Shown piece after piece: positions 1 through 20,679 of a DNA stretch of 64,000 nt. The notes below the pieces were generated by a model. It was not told where the DNA came from. It saw nothing but the letters and a program-made list of their open reading frames with translations, and ran no database searches. A program made the translations under genes and the position numbers. Numbering within the stretch: the stretch's first letter is position 1; each line of letters opens with the position of its first letter. Source of the DNA: the human T2T-CHM13v2.0 reference genome, Homo sapiens; NCBI RefSeq assembly GCF_009914755.1, contig NC_060933.1. The stretch is one strand, 5' to 3'.

Positions 1-610
1 CTGCCACCATGCCCAGCTAACTTTTGTATTTTTATAGAGACAGGATTTCACCATGTTGGCCAGGATGGTCTTGATCTCTTGACCTTGTGATCCGCCCACG
101 TCGGCCTCCCAAAGTGCTGGGATTACAGGTGTGAGCCACCGTGCCCGGCGACACACCTCCCTTTTCTAGAAGGAAATGATCTCTTGGAGTAAATACTTGA
201 TTCTCTTTTATTTTTCAGATTATGACATCTCTCTGCCAGTATCTTTTTCTGGTCAATATATCTCTTTGCCAAATAAGGTAGAAAAAAGTTGTCAGGCCAA
301 GCATCATGGCTCTAACCTATAATCCCAAAACTGGGAGGCTGAGACAGGAGGATCATTTGAGCCCAGGAGTTTGAGACCAGCTTGGGAAACAGAGGAAGAC
401 TCCATCTCTACAAAAAATAAATTAAAAAAAAAAAAAAAGCCAGGCATGGTGGCACATATCTGTTGTCCCAGCTACTCAGGAGGCTGAGGTGAGAGGACTG
501 CTTGAGCCCAAGAATTTAAGGCTGCAGTGAGCCATGACTGGCCATTGCAGCCTGGATGACAGCAAGACCCTATCTCAAAAAAAAAAACACAGAAAACAAA
601 AAAGAAAAAA
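1..610. mobile_element. Two Alus: partial AluS (-, 1-148) and AluJ (+, ~294-610)
   Basis: Alu consensus motifs and A tail. Confidence 0.9.
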
Positions 611-2899
611 GTTATCAGCTGGACAATCTTCCCTGTGATTACTAGTAGCATCTAAGAACCTGAAATCATGAGTGTCATTGAAACCAAGCTGTAAGGAAAT
701 TCCAACACATTAAAATGAAATCAATTCATATAGGGGCTATAGGACACAGCACCCGGAGGTGACATTAGAAACTGCAAACAGGAAAAACACATAATTCAGG
801 GGTACTAGCATATGATACAAACATATATGATTAAAAGCATTCACTGTTCTCCCAACGTCCACACACTCAGAAAAACACTGCTACCTGCTCATGCTAGCCT
901 TCTCACTATCTACAGCAAACACCAAGAAAACTCAGTATTCATCACAATTAACATCAACTCCATGCGTTCTCAGAGAGGAGGAAAGACCAGGCAGGAATCT
1001 ACCTGTGCCCAAAATTAGGTTACCATCAGGATCCAACGGAGAAAGAACTGGGGAATAAACTGAGTCTAGGTTTCTTTGAGTAAACATCCCTCACAAGTTT
1101 CTGCTCTTAAGCACACAAATTTAGCAACTTTAATTTCTAGGTTGGGGTCTAGTTCCTGTCAACACTAGGAAATGGGAGACAACTACTTTTATCACGGTCA
1201 GATCACCTATAGATTGTGATCATTCAATCATACATGCAAAGAATATTACAAAATACTAACAACATTAGTATGTATTAAGGGGCTTACTAGATGCCAAGTT
1301 GCAGCAACCCTCACAACCCTCTGAGGTAAATGCCATTATTAATCAGGAGTTACGTTAACTTATCGAACTGTGGAAACTGGGATTTCAAGCATGCTCGTCT
1401 AATCACTATACTAATAATGCTTCAACCTGCCAATTTATTTTTTATTCTGTAAGCCATAAGGAGCCAATGAAAAAAATTAAGGACAGCAGTAATGATCATC
1501 TTTACATGCTAGAACACACTACTCAGCCACGTGCAAGGTGGACTGACGCTGGGGTGAACAAGGGTCTTGAAAGAGATAGTCAAAGTCTGGGTCAAAAATG
1601 CTGAGGAAATTCTGAGCATAAGAATGCATAGGAGAGGATAAAAACCTAAAATCTGTATCTAATAAACTTAGCTAGACTTTCTGATTGTTTTAAGTATGGG
1701 AAGGGATGAAGGAAGCTACCTCGCAGGTTACTAGCTGGGCCACTGGTTAGTAATTACTGTCCATCAATTCATGAGACAGGAGGAGGAACTGGTGCTTTAG
1801 TTTTGTGTAGCAAGCAGGAAGAGGACAAGTCTACTTAACGCGAATCAAAATGAGAGCAAGCAATTATACAGAATTTCTCTCCCTCGACAAGATAAGCTTC
1901 TCATATTACAGAGATCTTAACTTTGAAATGCTTTTCAAAATAGGGAGTCACTTGGGCTGGGAGGGGACTTCAACTAAGTCCTCATTTTACAGAGGAGGCA
2001 CTGAGGGGCAAGGCTGTTTCAATACCCTGTCCAGAGTGCGCACTGTTCAGGCAAAACCAGGACTAAAAACCAGCTCTGCCGGATCCGTTCTACCTACTGC
2101 TCCTTCTGCTTCAGCTGCCCTCCCAACCTACTAATAGGGATTTACATCCCCAAATACGTTCATGTAAACACTTAGCATTCTTCAACTAAACACAAAATCA
2201 GATATGTAAGCTAAAAATCTAAAGCCAAAAACATGTATTTAATTTCCATAAAATTTCTACTTTTCTTTGGAAAAACTTTCCCATTGTGTCAGTTTCTATT
2301 CACTGTAACATTCCCTATATTTCAGGTCCTAAGACCAAAAAAAAAAAATCCTTTTTAAACTTAGGCCTTGAAGAAACGACAAACCCTCTAGGCTTAATAT
2401 TCCACCACATGAAACCACTGACACAGACAAGGCCTGTTCTGCCGAAACCAGGCCAGTTAAGTCAGGGCTCAATTGCTTCTGTATTATTGTCAGAAGCCAT
2501 CTCCACCTCAAGCAAAAGTAAAACTGGAGAAAGAGGCCAGCCTAACTTGCTCCTCGGCTGGTCCCCAGCAACGCCCCTGGAAACTCTGCTCCCCATCGCT
2601 AGGACCGCCCCTCCGACGCCGGGAGAACACGGAAGGAGCAGCAAGGCGCTGCCCGGCATCTGCCGCCAACTTCCCCGTCGACGGTCTGATTCAAATGCTC
2701 CCTGTTTTCCATGTAGACTTGGAGAGAAACTGCGCCAGGAAAACTGTTATCAACTGTTACAGGGACGGAGAACTCCGAAATAACCAAATTACTACTTATA
2801 TTCACTGTCCCATGTCTAGCGCCTTTTGAAACAATAACCAAATCCTGTAAAGTTTTGTCTGCGATGAGCAGTCACTAGGAAAAACCTGTATTCGTGATG

Positions 2900-3650
2900 A
2901 ATTCGCCTCCCCCCCAGAAAAGGACCGACTTTCCAAGAGCCGAAGCCCCTGCCCGGAGCGGCGGGCTCGCGGGCCCTGGGTGCGACCCCACCCAGCCTCC
3001 CCGGCATTCAGGCCGCCGGGCCCCGCGCCCGCGCTCACCCAGGTGCTCCCCGCGGCCTGCGCGCCCGCGCGCTTCTCCGGCATGGCTCCCGCCTCGGGCT
3101 CCGACGCCGCCTTCTCCTCCAGCTCCGGCGGCGGCTCCACGCTCATGCCGCGGCCATGCCCGCGCCAGCTCGGGGCGCTCCGGGACGACGGCGACGCCGC
3201 GGAGGCGGCGGCGGTGCCCGCGCCCTCATGGGCTCTGCGGCCCGCGGCGGCCTGCGGGTCAGGCGGCGGCGCCGAGGGCTGAGGAGGCGGCGGAGGCTGA
3301 AGCTGCGGATCAGGCTAGCAGAAGACCGCAGCTCCAGGAACCGACCACTTAGCAAACCGCACCGACCCCGACTGTCGCAGTTACCGGTGGCGTCAGGGGC
3401 GGGCTGCACGGTTGGAGGCCCCACCCCGCACCTCAGCTCCCGCCTCGAGAACGAGTCCCGCGCCTGAGTAGCCTCCAGCGACGCCACGCCCACTTCAGAG
3501 ACCCCTCCTTTACCTCGCGACTGGCCCCTTGGCATCAGGACTTCGCGGCGCGCGGGAAGTACGTCATTTCGAGAGCCCGTACGACTAATTTCTTTTTCCG
3601 GAGAATCTGGACTGAGGCTAGCAAGCGAGGAGGGGCAAACTCGTGGGGGT
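2900..3650 (-). promoter_or_regulatory. CpG island / promoter and 5'UTR of MFSD14CP
   Basis: Very GC- and CpG-rich; GC box GGGGCGGG at ~3396; ETS/E2F-like GCGCGGGAAGT and a TACGTCA half-CRE at ~3549-3566. Confidence 0.85.
3039..3146 (-). pseudogene. MFSD14CP: First coding exon of an MFSD14B (HIATL1)-like unprocessed duplicate, MFSD14CP/HIATL2; downstream exons lie left of the window
   Basis: ATG at 3146 gives MSVEPPPELEEKAASEPEAGAMPEKRAGAQAAGSTW (36 codons), which I recognise as the MFSD14B N-terminus. It is followed by a phase-0 donor TGG|gtgagc at 3038. Assigned to the C copy because it neighbours CTSV. Confidence 0.85.
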
Positions 3651-3906
3651 TTGGTAGTGATTGCAGTTCAGTTTTGGTCTTGGTTTGCTCCAACCCGCCA
3701 ACCTCTCAAGTTTTTCTATGGTTCTCCAAGAAGAAAATAATATAATAGCAATGTTTCCCAAACGTACTTGAACACAACACTTTTTATTCTTGACACATGA
3801 TTAATATCTTGCAGAATGTGTAGGACACAGTTGGAAAAGCCTGGCTTTTTATGTTTATTTATTTTGAAAGATATGCACCTAATACTGAAATATAAAAAAG
3901 CCTACA

Positions 3907-4635
<729 letters not shown>

Positions 4636-4665
4636 GCTTCTTTTTCGCTTCCCACCCACCACCCC

Positions 4666-4668
<3 letters not shown>

Positions 4669-4704
<36 letters not shown>

Positions 4705-4714
4705 ACACACACAC
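4669..4714 (+). repeat. (CA)n microsatellite
   Basis: About 22 CA units with one GA interruption. Confidence 0.95.
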
Positions 4715-4733
4715 TTTGCAGAAGTCTTTACTT

Positions 4734-6369
<1,636 letters not shown>

Positions 6370-6494
6370 TTGCTGATTTCTATTTAATACTTTTGTTGAG
6401 ATTTTTCGCTTTAAATAAATTAATCATCTGGTCTTAAAGCTGGATTTTAAGATTGGGTTAAACATAATGCTAAAATAGGGTATCTAATAACTGA

Positions 6495-6715
6495 GAGTCT
6501 TTAATCCCCAAGACTATCCTCTGGTTTAATGATTCACTAGAAGAACCCCAAAAAGCTATTTTACTCATAGTTAGTTTATTATAGTGAAAGGATACAGATG
6601 AAAATAGCAAAGGTAAGAGGCAGCAGAGTCCACGAGAGACCACGCACAAGCTTCCAGTTGTCCTTTCTGAGTAGAGTCTATGGGCAGCACCTAATTCTCC
6701 CAGCAATGATATGGA
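6495..6715 (-). mobile_element. MER21-family LTR fragment
   Basis: cccaagactatcctc...gaaaggatacagatgaaaatagcaaagg...aagcttccagttgtcc resembles reverse MER21C. Confidence 0.6.
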
Positions 6716-7637
6716 TCTGGGTGCTGTGCTCTCTCTCTCTCTACTTATGTGTGTGTTAACAATACATGTAGTTTCAGAATTTCTAACTCCGTGGAAGCAA
6801 GTTTTCCAACTATAGTGTTTATGTACGGTTCTTTTTGTTTTTATCCTGAAAGTAGCCAGTCAAAACAGTTTTCCAAATCAATTCAATTTCTTTCTTGTTT
6901 ACTCAAATCAATTCTTTTTTGATTGAGTAATCAATCAAAATTTTATTTATTTATTTACTCAATTTATTTTTTCCCCACTCACTTTGGTGAGGTTATGCCA
7001 TACCTTTGTAATATAATTAAGTTCATTTGTCATGCCGGCCATTCTATCCTAAGATCCCACATTAATTTGCATAAAGTTAACTCTCTGCAGTGTATTGTTC
7101 TGTGGATTTTGACAAATGGATGGGCCAGGTGCAGTGGCTCAGGCCTGTAATCCCAGCACTTTGGGAGGTCGAGGTGGGAGGATCACTTGAGACCAGGACT
7201 TCAAGAGAAATAGGTAGTTATGCATCTACTGCCACAAGACCCTAAATATTCCCTTGTGTGGTCAATTTGTAATCAACAGAAAGGGGTAAGTGGTATTGAA
7301 TTCATCACTTTTTATATATAATTTGAATCTTTTTTAAAGTATGATGCAATTGGGTTGTTCAATAATGTCTGTGAGTCTCCTTGTACTGGCAGTTGTCTGC
7401 TGGGAAGGAAATCCAGAGCCCAGATCCAAGCCAAGGTGTATAAAGCAATACCTTCACATGGTATCTTTGTTGCTCTGTTTCTCCACCCATCTACTGTTCC
7501 CTGTGTGAAAGGATAACAAACTGTCCTACGATAATTGTCTAAATGTTTAAAACACACTTCACTTAATTTTGTTTGTTCCGAGCACTACTTTGTAACTGCA
7601 ATTATAACAATGTGTTAAGATAAACTTATTTTCACAG

Positions 7638-8263
<626 letters not shown>

Positions 8264-8564
8264 AACAGATTTTAGTTTAAGATAATGTTCTAATCAAAAC
8301 TTGTTTTCAGTATTTGCAATGCATTATCAGTCCTATTTGAGAGTATTCAGTTAGGTTGGTGCTTTTTTTTCTCTTTTTTTTTCTTTTTTTTTTTAATGGA
8401 GAACTATCCTTACTGAACCTCCTCAATTATTTGCCTTCAGCACTAAGCTAAAAGGCAGATGTGAATTGCCATCTGGAAAAAAAGTATATTTGGTAATTAT
8501 ACATACCAAGGTGATTCAGAGTCAAATGGACCGGGCAAATGTTTTATACAAAGGGTGGAATTTT

Positions 8565-9207
8565 AGTTAGAATGGCGATCATTAAAAAGTCAGGAAACAA
8601 CAGGTGCTGGAGAGGATGTGGAGAAATAGGAACGCTTTTACACTGTTGGTAGTGTAAACTAGTTCAACCATTGTAGAAGACAGTGTGGCAATTCCTCGAG
8701 GATCTAGAACTAGAAATACCATTTGGCCCAATGATCCCATTACTGGGTATATACTCAAAGGATTATAAATCATGCTACTATAAAGACACATGCACACATA
8801 TGTTTATTGTGGCACTATTCACAATAGCAAAAACTTGGAACCAACCCAAATGTCCATCAATGATATACTGGATTAAGAGAATGTGGCACATATACACCAT
8901 GGAATATTATGCAGCCATAAAAAAGGATGAGTTCATGTCCTTTGTAGGGACATGGATGAAGCTGGAAACCATCATTCTGAGCAGACTATCACAAGGACAG
9001 AAAACCTTGACACAGGGCAGGAAACATCACACATGGGGGCCTGTTGTGGGTTGGGGGGCAGGGGGAGGGATAGCATTAGGAGAAATACCTGATGTACATG
9101 ATGAGTTAATGGGTGCAGCAAACCAACATGGCACATGTATACCTATGTAACAAACCTGCACGCTGTGCTCATGTACCCTAGAACTTAAAGTATAATAATA
9201 ATAATAA
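8565..9207 (+). mobile_element. 5'-truncated L1PA 3' end (ORF2 C-terminus, 3'UTR, tail)
   Basis: ORF 8683-9150 is L1 ORF2-like (IPLLGIY, WNQPKCPS, MWHIYTMEYYAAIK); ends gaacttaaagtataata; TSD-like aaagggtggaatttta / aaaaggtagaatttta. Confidence 0.95.
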
Positions 9208-9670
9208 AAAGGTAGAATTTTACGTGACCCAGGCAAAGGGTTTATTCTACAATGTGTGTGAACCATGTAAAAAGTAGGAACGTAAGGACTTTTTTCCTTG
9301 CCCTACTTCCGTTTCACATGCTAGAAATATATACAGCCTGCTGCCTGCTGTCCCTGTAGTCTTCGCAACAGAAGTGATACCATCTCTATGCCAGAAGCAG
9401 GAATTGCTAATGTAGGTCAGCCCCTCTTTTTCCTTGTCACCCTCGCATAGTCAATGATCAAATCTTGCTTATGCCCTTTCTCACCTCCTATCTCTTTCAC
9501 CACTCCATCAAAGCAACTGTTGTGCCCTATTTATTTTATATGTCAGATTGTTCTGTGCCTGCTTACTGCCTTAGTTCATACCCTTCCCATTTCTCAGCAG
9601 TTTGCTGTACATCTTTGGGTTCACTTCCACTTATGCATGTACTCTTCACACAAAATTAGTCTTTCTCACC

Positions 9671-10727
9671 AAAAGCAATTGTAACAAAAGCAAAAATTGA
9701 CAAATGGGATCTAATTAAATGTAGGAGCTTCTACATAGTTAAGAAACTGTCAACAGAGTAAACAGCCTACAAAATGGGAGAAAGTTTTTGCAAACTATGC
9801 ATCTGACAAAAGTCTCACATCCAGGCTCTATTAATATAAGGAACTTAAACAAATCAACAAGAAAAAAAAGCCAACCCCATTAAAAAGTAGGCAAAGGACA
9901 TGAGCAGACACTTTTCAAAAGAAAACATACATGTGGCCAATGAACATATGAAAAAAAGCTCAATATCACTTATCATTAGAGAAATGCAAATCAAAACCAC
10001 AATGAGATACCATCTCACACCAGTCAGGATGGCTATTATTAAAAAGTCAAAAAATAACAGATTCTGACAAGGTTGCAGAGAGAAGGGAATGCTTTTACAC
10101 TGTTGGCGGGAGTGTAAATTAGTGCAAACCATTGTGGAAAGCACTGTGACGATTACTCGAAGAGCTAAAAACAGAACTATCATTCAACGTAGCAGTCCCA
10201 TCTCTGAGTATATTACCCAGAGGAATATAAATCATTCTATCATACAGACACATGCATGTGAATGTTCACTGCAGCACTAGTCACAATAGCAAAGACATGG
10301 AATCAACCTAAATGCCCATCAATGACAGATTGGATAAAGAAAATGTGGTACATACATGCCATGGAATAGTATGCAGCCATAGAAAAGAATGAGATGATAT
10401 ATTTTGCTGGATCACTCATGGAGCTGAAGGCTATTATCCTTAGCAAACTAGCACAGGAACAGAAAACCAAATACCACATGTTCTCACTTATAGGTGGGAG
10501 CTAATTGATAAGAACTCAATGACACAAATAGGCGAACAACAGACAGTGGGGACTACTTGAGGGTGGAGGGTGGGAGGAGGGAGAGGATTCAAAAAAATAA
10601 CTATTGGGTACTAGGCTTAGTACCTGGGCGACAAAATAATCTGTACAACAAACCCCCATGACACTAGGTTACCTATATAACAAACCTGCACATGTACCCC
10701 TGAACCTAAAAGTTTGGGGAAAAAAAT
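9671..10727 (+). mobile_element. Older L1PA (L1PA15/16-like) 3' end inserted in an L2 remnant (~9380-11130)
   Basis: aaaattgacaaatgggatctaattaaa...taactattgggtactaggcttagtacctggg...cctgaacctaaaa. Confidence 0.9.
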
Positions 10728-11186
10728 GTTCTTTCTAAAATACAAATCTATCTTACTACATCACGTTCTTGCTAAAAATTCTTCAAGATATCCCGTTTTC
10801 ATGAAGGAAAAGGCTCTGGTGCGTTAGCATGACATGAATGCCTCAGGCTCTGGCCTCTCCCCACCTGTCAGCCTTATCTCCTGGCATTTTTCTACACCCA
10901 TATCATTGGGCTCCCATCATCTGTCAGGCTCCCTCAGTCTGAAATAGCCTCTTTCTCCTTCTCCTCCAGCCATTTATCTAATTCCTGTTTATAGGTATTC
11001 TAATTCCTGTTAAGACTCAGCTCAGGTATGGTCTCCACCAGGTTTTCCCCAAGTTTCCTTTCCATATTGCAAAACCTTTCCTTGCACCTTCTGTACACTT
11101 TGTTTAGATTTCTGTCAACATATAGTTCTCTGAATGTTTAAAAAAAAAAACAAAAAACAAGCAAAAAACAAAAAAACACATAATCT

Positions 11187-11497
11187 TGCCGGGCACAGTG
11201 GCTCACGCCTGTAATCCCAGTACTTTGGGAGGCCAAGGCGGGTGGATCACTTGAGGTCAGGGGTTCGAGACCAGCCTGGCCAAAATGGAGAAACCTCGTC
11301 TCTACTAAAATACAAAAATTAGCTGGGCCTGGTGGTGGGTGCCTGTAATCCCAGCTACTCAGGAGGCTGAGGCAGGAGAATTGCTCGAACCCGGGAGGCA
11401 GAGGTTGCATGAGCCAAGATTGCGCCATTGCACTCCAGCCAGGCGACAGAGCAAGACTCCGTCTCAAAAAACAAAAACAAACAAACAAACAAAAAAC
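11187..11497 (+). mobile_element. AluS
   Basis: Full Alu; TSD ..acataatctt on both sides. Confidence 0.95.
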
Positions 11498-12466
11498 ATA
11501 ATCTTATCCAAAGAGATAGTGAGCACATGCCAACATTTTATTTATCTCGGTAATAAGGGAACCCATAAAGTCGGTTCAAAAGAGAATTTGAAAGACGAGG
11601 ATTATTACAGTCAATGTGAACAAAATGGAAGGATGAATTAATATTGGCACATTAGATGCAGCCCTAGTTAATGTCCTATTGGGCAATTAAACTGTAGCAG
11701 TTGGGGTGATCTCATTTTTCCACCATGGAAAAGAAAACCAACTCATCAGTTTCTTAGGAGATAATTTCTAACTTTACAGGGCTGTAAAATATCTGAGCCT
11801 ATCAGTAATAATGTCAAAAATAAATAGTCAAAACCCTTTGAGAGTCAGAAGACCCTTGGATGGGTTTGTCAGACAATCGTCTTATAGCATGACATTGATG
11901 GAAGTGGAATCTCTTTACTTTGTTTCCACGTTTTGAGTAATTTTGCCTAGCACTATCATTGTTTACCCTGATGCTGTACTTTTTAATTCACTCAATCCTG
12001 GCATATACTGTGAACTTGAGAGAACTTAAGCGTTGGTGTTCAAACTGGGGTATGTATACCCCTTGTAATATGGAAAGACTTTTCAGGGGTTACGTGGCCA
12101 TGGATAGCTTTTAGATGACCAATTTCCAGGCCCTCGTCCTAGGTGTGTACTCTTTCCTACAGCTAACCTGCTCCCTGAAGTGTCTCTGTTTTGCAAGTTC
12201 CTCTTTTCTTCCCAGTCCAATCACCCTTCTGCCACTTCACCAAAGCCTCCCACCCATCCCAGCCTGCTCATGAGCACACCCTGAGACCTAAACACTCCCA
12301 TTTTCCATTAAGCAAAAGAGCCAAATTGGCCTCAAAAGTCTGACAAAAATATACTGAAAGCCAGTCTACAATATCCTGGAAAATACATTCTTTATCACAA
12401 ACTAATGATAAATGTAAATGTCAACTTAAAAGTGTAGGGGGGGGGACGTTAAACAGTTTATTAACA

Positions 12467-17628
<5,162 letters not shown>

Positions 17629-17654
17629 CAATTTTTTTTTTTTTTTTTTAAAAG

Positions 17655-17913
17655 GATAGTCTGTGCTGAACATGTACAGACTTCTTTATCTTGTCATTAT
17701 TCCCTAAAAAAAAAAAATACAGTATAACAACTACTTACATAACATTTACAATGTTGCTAGGTATCATAAGGAATCTAAAGTATAAGGGAGGATGTATGTA
17801 AGTTATATGTAAATACTACACCATTTTATATGAGGAACTTGAGCATCTGTGGATTTTGGTATCTGCAGGGGGTTGTGGAACCAATCCCCCATGGATATCA
17901 AGGGATGACTGTA
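17655..17913 (+). mobile_element. MER2-type (TcMar-Tigger) DNA transposon fragment
   Basis: cttgagcatctgtggattttggtatct...ggaaccaatccccc...agggatgactg-ta terminus. Confidence 0.8.
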
Positions 17914-17924
17914 TGTGTGATGGG

Positions 17925-18598
17925 GCATGAGGAGGCCCTGAAGGCACAGGTAAGTTACAGGAAGAAGTGGTCCCAACACTGACAGTCCTAACTCCTGCTA
18001 CATCATGTTTTCTTTCCCAGCCCACACCTATGTCCTCAGAGTTCCCTATCATCAACTGGGTGAGGAAGAGAAAACTTGGGCCTGATTTATAGATGGTTCT
18101 GTACAATATCCAGGCACCAACCAATGGATGCTGCGGGATTACAGCACGTTTCTGAGACATCCTTCAAGAACAGAGGTGAAGGGAAACAAAACTTTCAGCA
18201 GTGTACTTGGTTGTTCATTTTGCTTGGAAGAAGAAATAGCCAGGCGTATGATTATATACCATTCTATGGGCTACGGTTAATGATTTGGCTGGGTGACCAC
18301 AGACTTGTAATGAACATGATTGGCAAATTGGTGATAAAGGGGTCTGGGGAACGCCTATCTGAACAGATATCTCTGAATGGGTAAAAAAAAAAAACAAAAA
18401 ACAAGTGAAGATATTTGTATCCCATGTGAATTCTCACAAAAGGGTGACCTCAGCAGAGGAGGATTTTAATAACTGAGTGAATAGGATGACCTTTCTCTGG
18501 ATACCAGTCAGCCTCTTTCCCCAGCCACCCTGGGGTTCACGAACGAAGTGGCCATGGTGGCAAGAATAGAGGTTATGCATGGGCTCAGCAACATAAGG
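17925..18598 (+). mobile_element. ERV-L (HERVL-like) internal pol fragment: RNase H to integrase N-terminus, degenerate
   Basis: Translatable remnants GPEGTGKLQEEV, FIDGS (~18086), HVNSH (18423), SGHGG (18547), GYAWAQQH. Confidence 0.85.
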
Positions 18599-18684
18599 AT
18601 GTAAGCAAGGGAGGGAGTGTGACTATTTGCTTCACTCGTGTCCCCAGAGCCTAGCACAGTGCTATTGCATAGGAGCCCAATAAA

Positions 18685-19421
18685 TAGTAGATCCTTGAAC
18701 AACATGGGTTTGAACTGACGGTCCACTTACTTATACACAGATTTTCTTCCGCCTTTGCAACCCAAGACAGCAACTCCAACCCTGCTTCTTACTCCTCCTC
18801 CTCAGCCTATTCAATGTGAAGACAACAGCGATAAAGACCTTTATGATGATCTACTTTCACTTAGTAAATATAATTTATCTTCCTTGTGATTGCCTTTTTT
18901 TTTTTTTTGAGACGGAGTCTCGCTCTGTTGCCCAGGCTGGAGTGCAGTGGCGCGATCTTGGCTCACCGCAAGCTCCGCCTCCCGGGTTCACGCCATTCTC
19001 CCGCCTCAGTCTCCTGAGTAGCTGCGAATACAGGTGTCGGCCACAACGCCCGGCTAATTTTGTTTTTGTATTTTTATTAGAGATGGGGTTTCACCATGTT
19101 AGGCAGGATGGTCTTGATCTCATGACCTCGTGATCTGCCTGCCTCGGCCTCTCAAAGCACTGGGATTACAAGTGTGAGCCACCGTGCCTGGCCATGATTT
19201 TCTTAATGACATTTTTTCCTCTAGCTTACTGTAAGCATACAGTATTTTACAATACATACACAAAATATGTGTTAATTGGCTGTTTATGTTATCAGCAAGG
19301 CTTCCAGTCAACAGTAGGCTATTAGTAGAAAAGTTCTGGAGGAATTAAAGTTATATGCAAATATTTGGCTGCACAAGGGTTGGTGCCCCTAACCTCTGCA
19401 TTGTTCAAGAATCAACTGTAT
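18685..19421 (+). mobile_element. Tigger2a-like DNA transposon with a nested AluY (-, ~18895-19193)
   Basis: TIR-like ends ..gatccttgaacaac / gttcaagaatcaactg-ta; internal ctcctcctcctcagcctattcaatgtgaagac. Confidence 0.85.
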
Positions 19422-19548
19422 CCAAATGAATAAATACACTGCAGAACAAGAACACGTTGCAGCTTAGTAATAGTTTTACTTATTAACTTACTTAAAAAGA
19501 GATAATGAACATTTGTGAAATTGTTTACAATTGAGATATCCATACACA

Positions 19549-19878
19549 CAAGTCATGTGCTGTGTGATGTTTTGGTCAGTGACTGCATATATGATAGTGG
19601 TCCCATAAAATTATGATCCTATATTTTTACTGTACTTTTCTGTTCAGATACACGAATACTTACCACTGTGTTACAACTGTGTACAGTACTCAGCACAGTG
19701 ATGTGTTGCACAGGTGCGTAGCTTAGGAGCAACAGGCTGTACCATATAGCCTAGGTGTGTAATAGGCTATACCATCTAGGTTTGTGTCAGTGTACTCTAT
19801 GATGTTCACGTCACGATGAAATCACCCAAGACACATTTCTCAGAATGTATCCCCATCATTAAGCAACACATGACTGTA
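19549..19878 (+). mobile_element. Tigger3a-like DNA transposon
   Basis: Ends agtcatgtg... / ...taagcaacacatgactg-ta; internal taggctataccatctaggtttgtgt. Confidence 0.85.
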
Positions 19879-20216
19879 TATATACATTTACTAATGTTTG
19901 TTATTTTTAATACAGAAAAGTTTCTTCTTTGCTTTTTAGAAATTTTATCAGTTACAAAAGGAAATAACATTTAGAAAACAGTTTCAACTTTCATAGGCAA
20001 AACATACACATGAACCACACATAGGGCTGAGTGGATGTTTCCTTATTGCTAAGTCCATAGCCTCTAGTATGATGCCCAAGTGTCATAACTACACTCCCAC
20101 ATCAGCAAACTCCTCCCTCTTAATATGCTCAGTGATTTCTATCTCACCCTTCCTTACTTCCTTTGCAATTCAAGTAAGAAAACAAACAATTTAGATGTTC
20201 GAGTATAGGAAATATT

Positions 20217-20679
20217 TGCCGAGACCAGCTTGGTCATGGAGACCCTAACCCAGAGGCGCTAGAGAAATTAAAGACACACACCCAGAAATATAGCATGCAG
20301 AGTGGGAAATCAGGGGACTCACAGCTTTCAGAGCTGAGAGCCCCGAACAGAGATTTACCCATGTTTATTGACAGCAAGCCAGTGATAAACATTGTTTCTA
20401 TAGATTATAGATTAACTAAAAGTATTCCTTCCCAAACGAAACAAAGGCATGGGGTCTGGCTAGTTATCTGCAGCAGGAACATGTCCTTAAGGCACAGATC
20501 GCTCATGCTATTGTTTGTAGTTTAGGAACGCCTTTAAGCCGTTTTCCCGCCCTGGGTGGTCCAGGTGTTCCTTGCTCTCATTCCGGTAAACCTTCAGCAT
20601 GGCGTCATGGCCATCATGAACCTGTCACAGTACTGCAGAGATTTTGTTTATGGCCAGATTTGGGGGCATATCCCCAGCA
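20217..20679 (-). mobile_element. MER9 (HERV-K9/HML-3) solo LTR
   Basis: TG...CA termini; perfect 6-bp TSD AATATT (20211-16 / 20680-85); aaatctggccataaacaaaatctctgcag on - strand; AATAAA at 20364-20369 (-). Confidence 0.92.

Noticed and set aside
2286-2829. 165-aa and 118-aa + strand ORFs
   Set aside because: Antisense within MFSD14CP intron 1, non-ATG starts, no recognisable homology
2802-3038. Extension of the MFSD14 ORF past STW to 114 aa
   Set aside because: Read-through into intron 1 beyond the gtgagc donor
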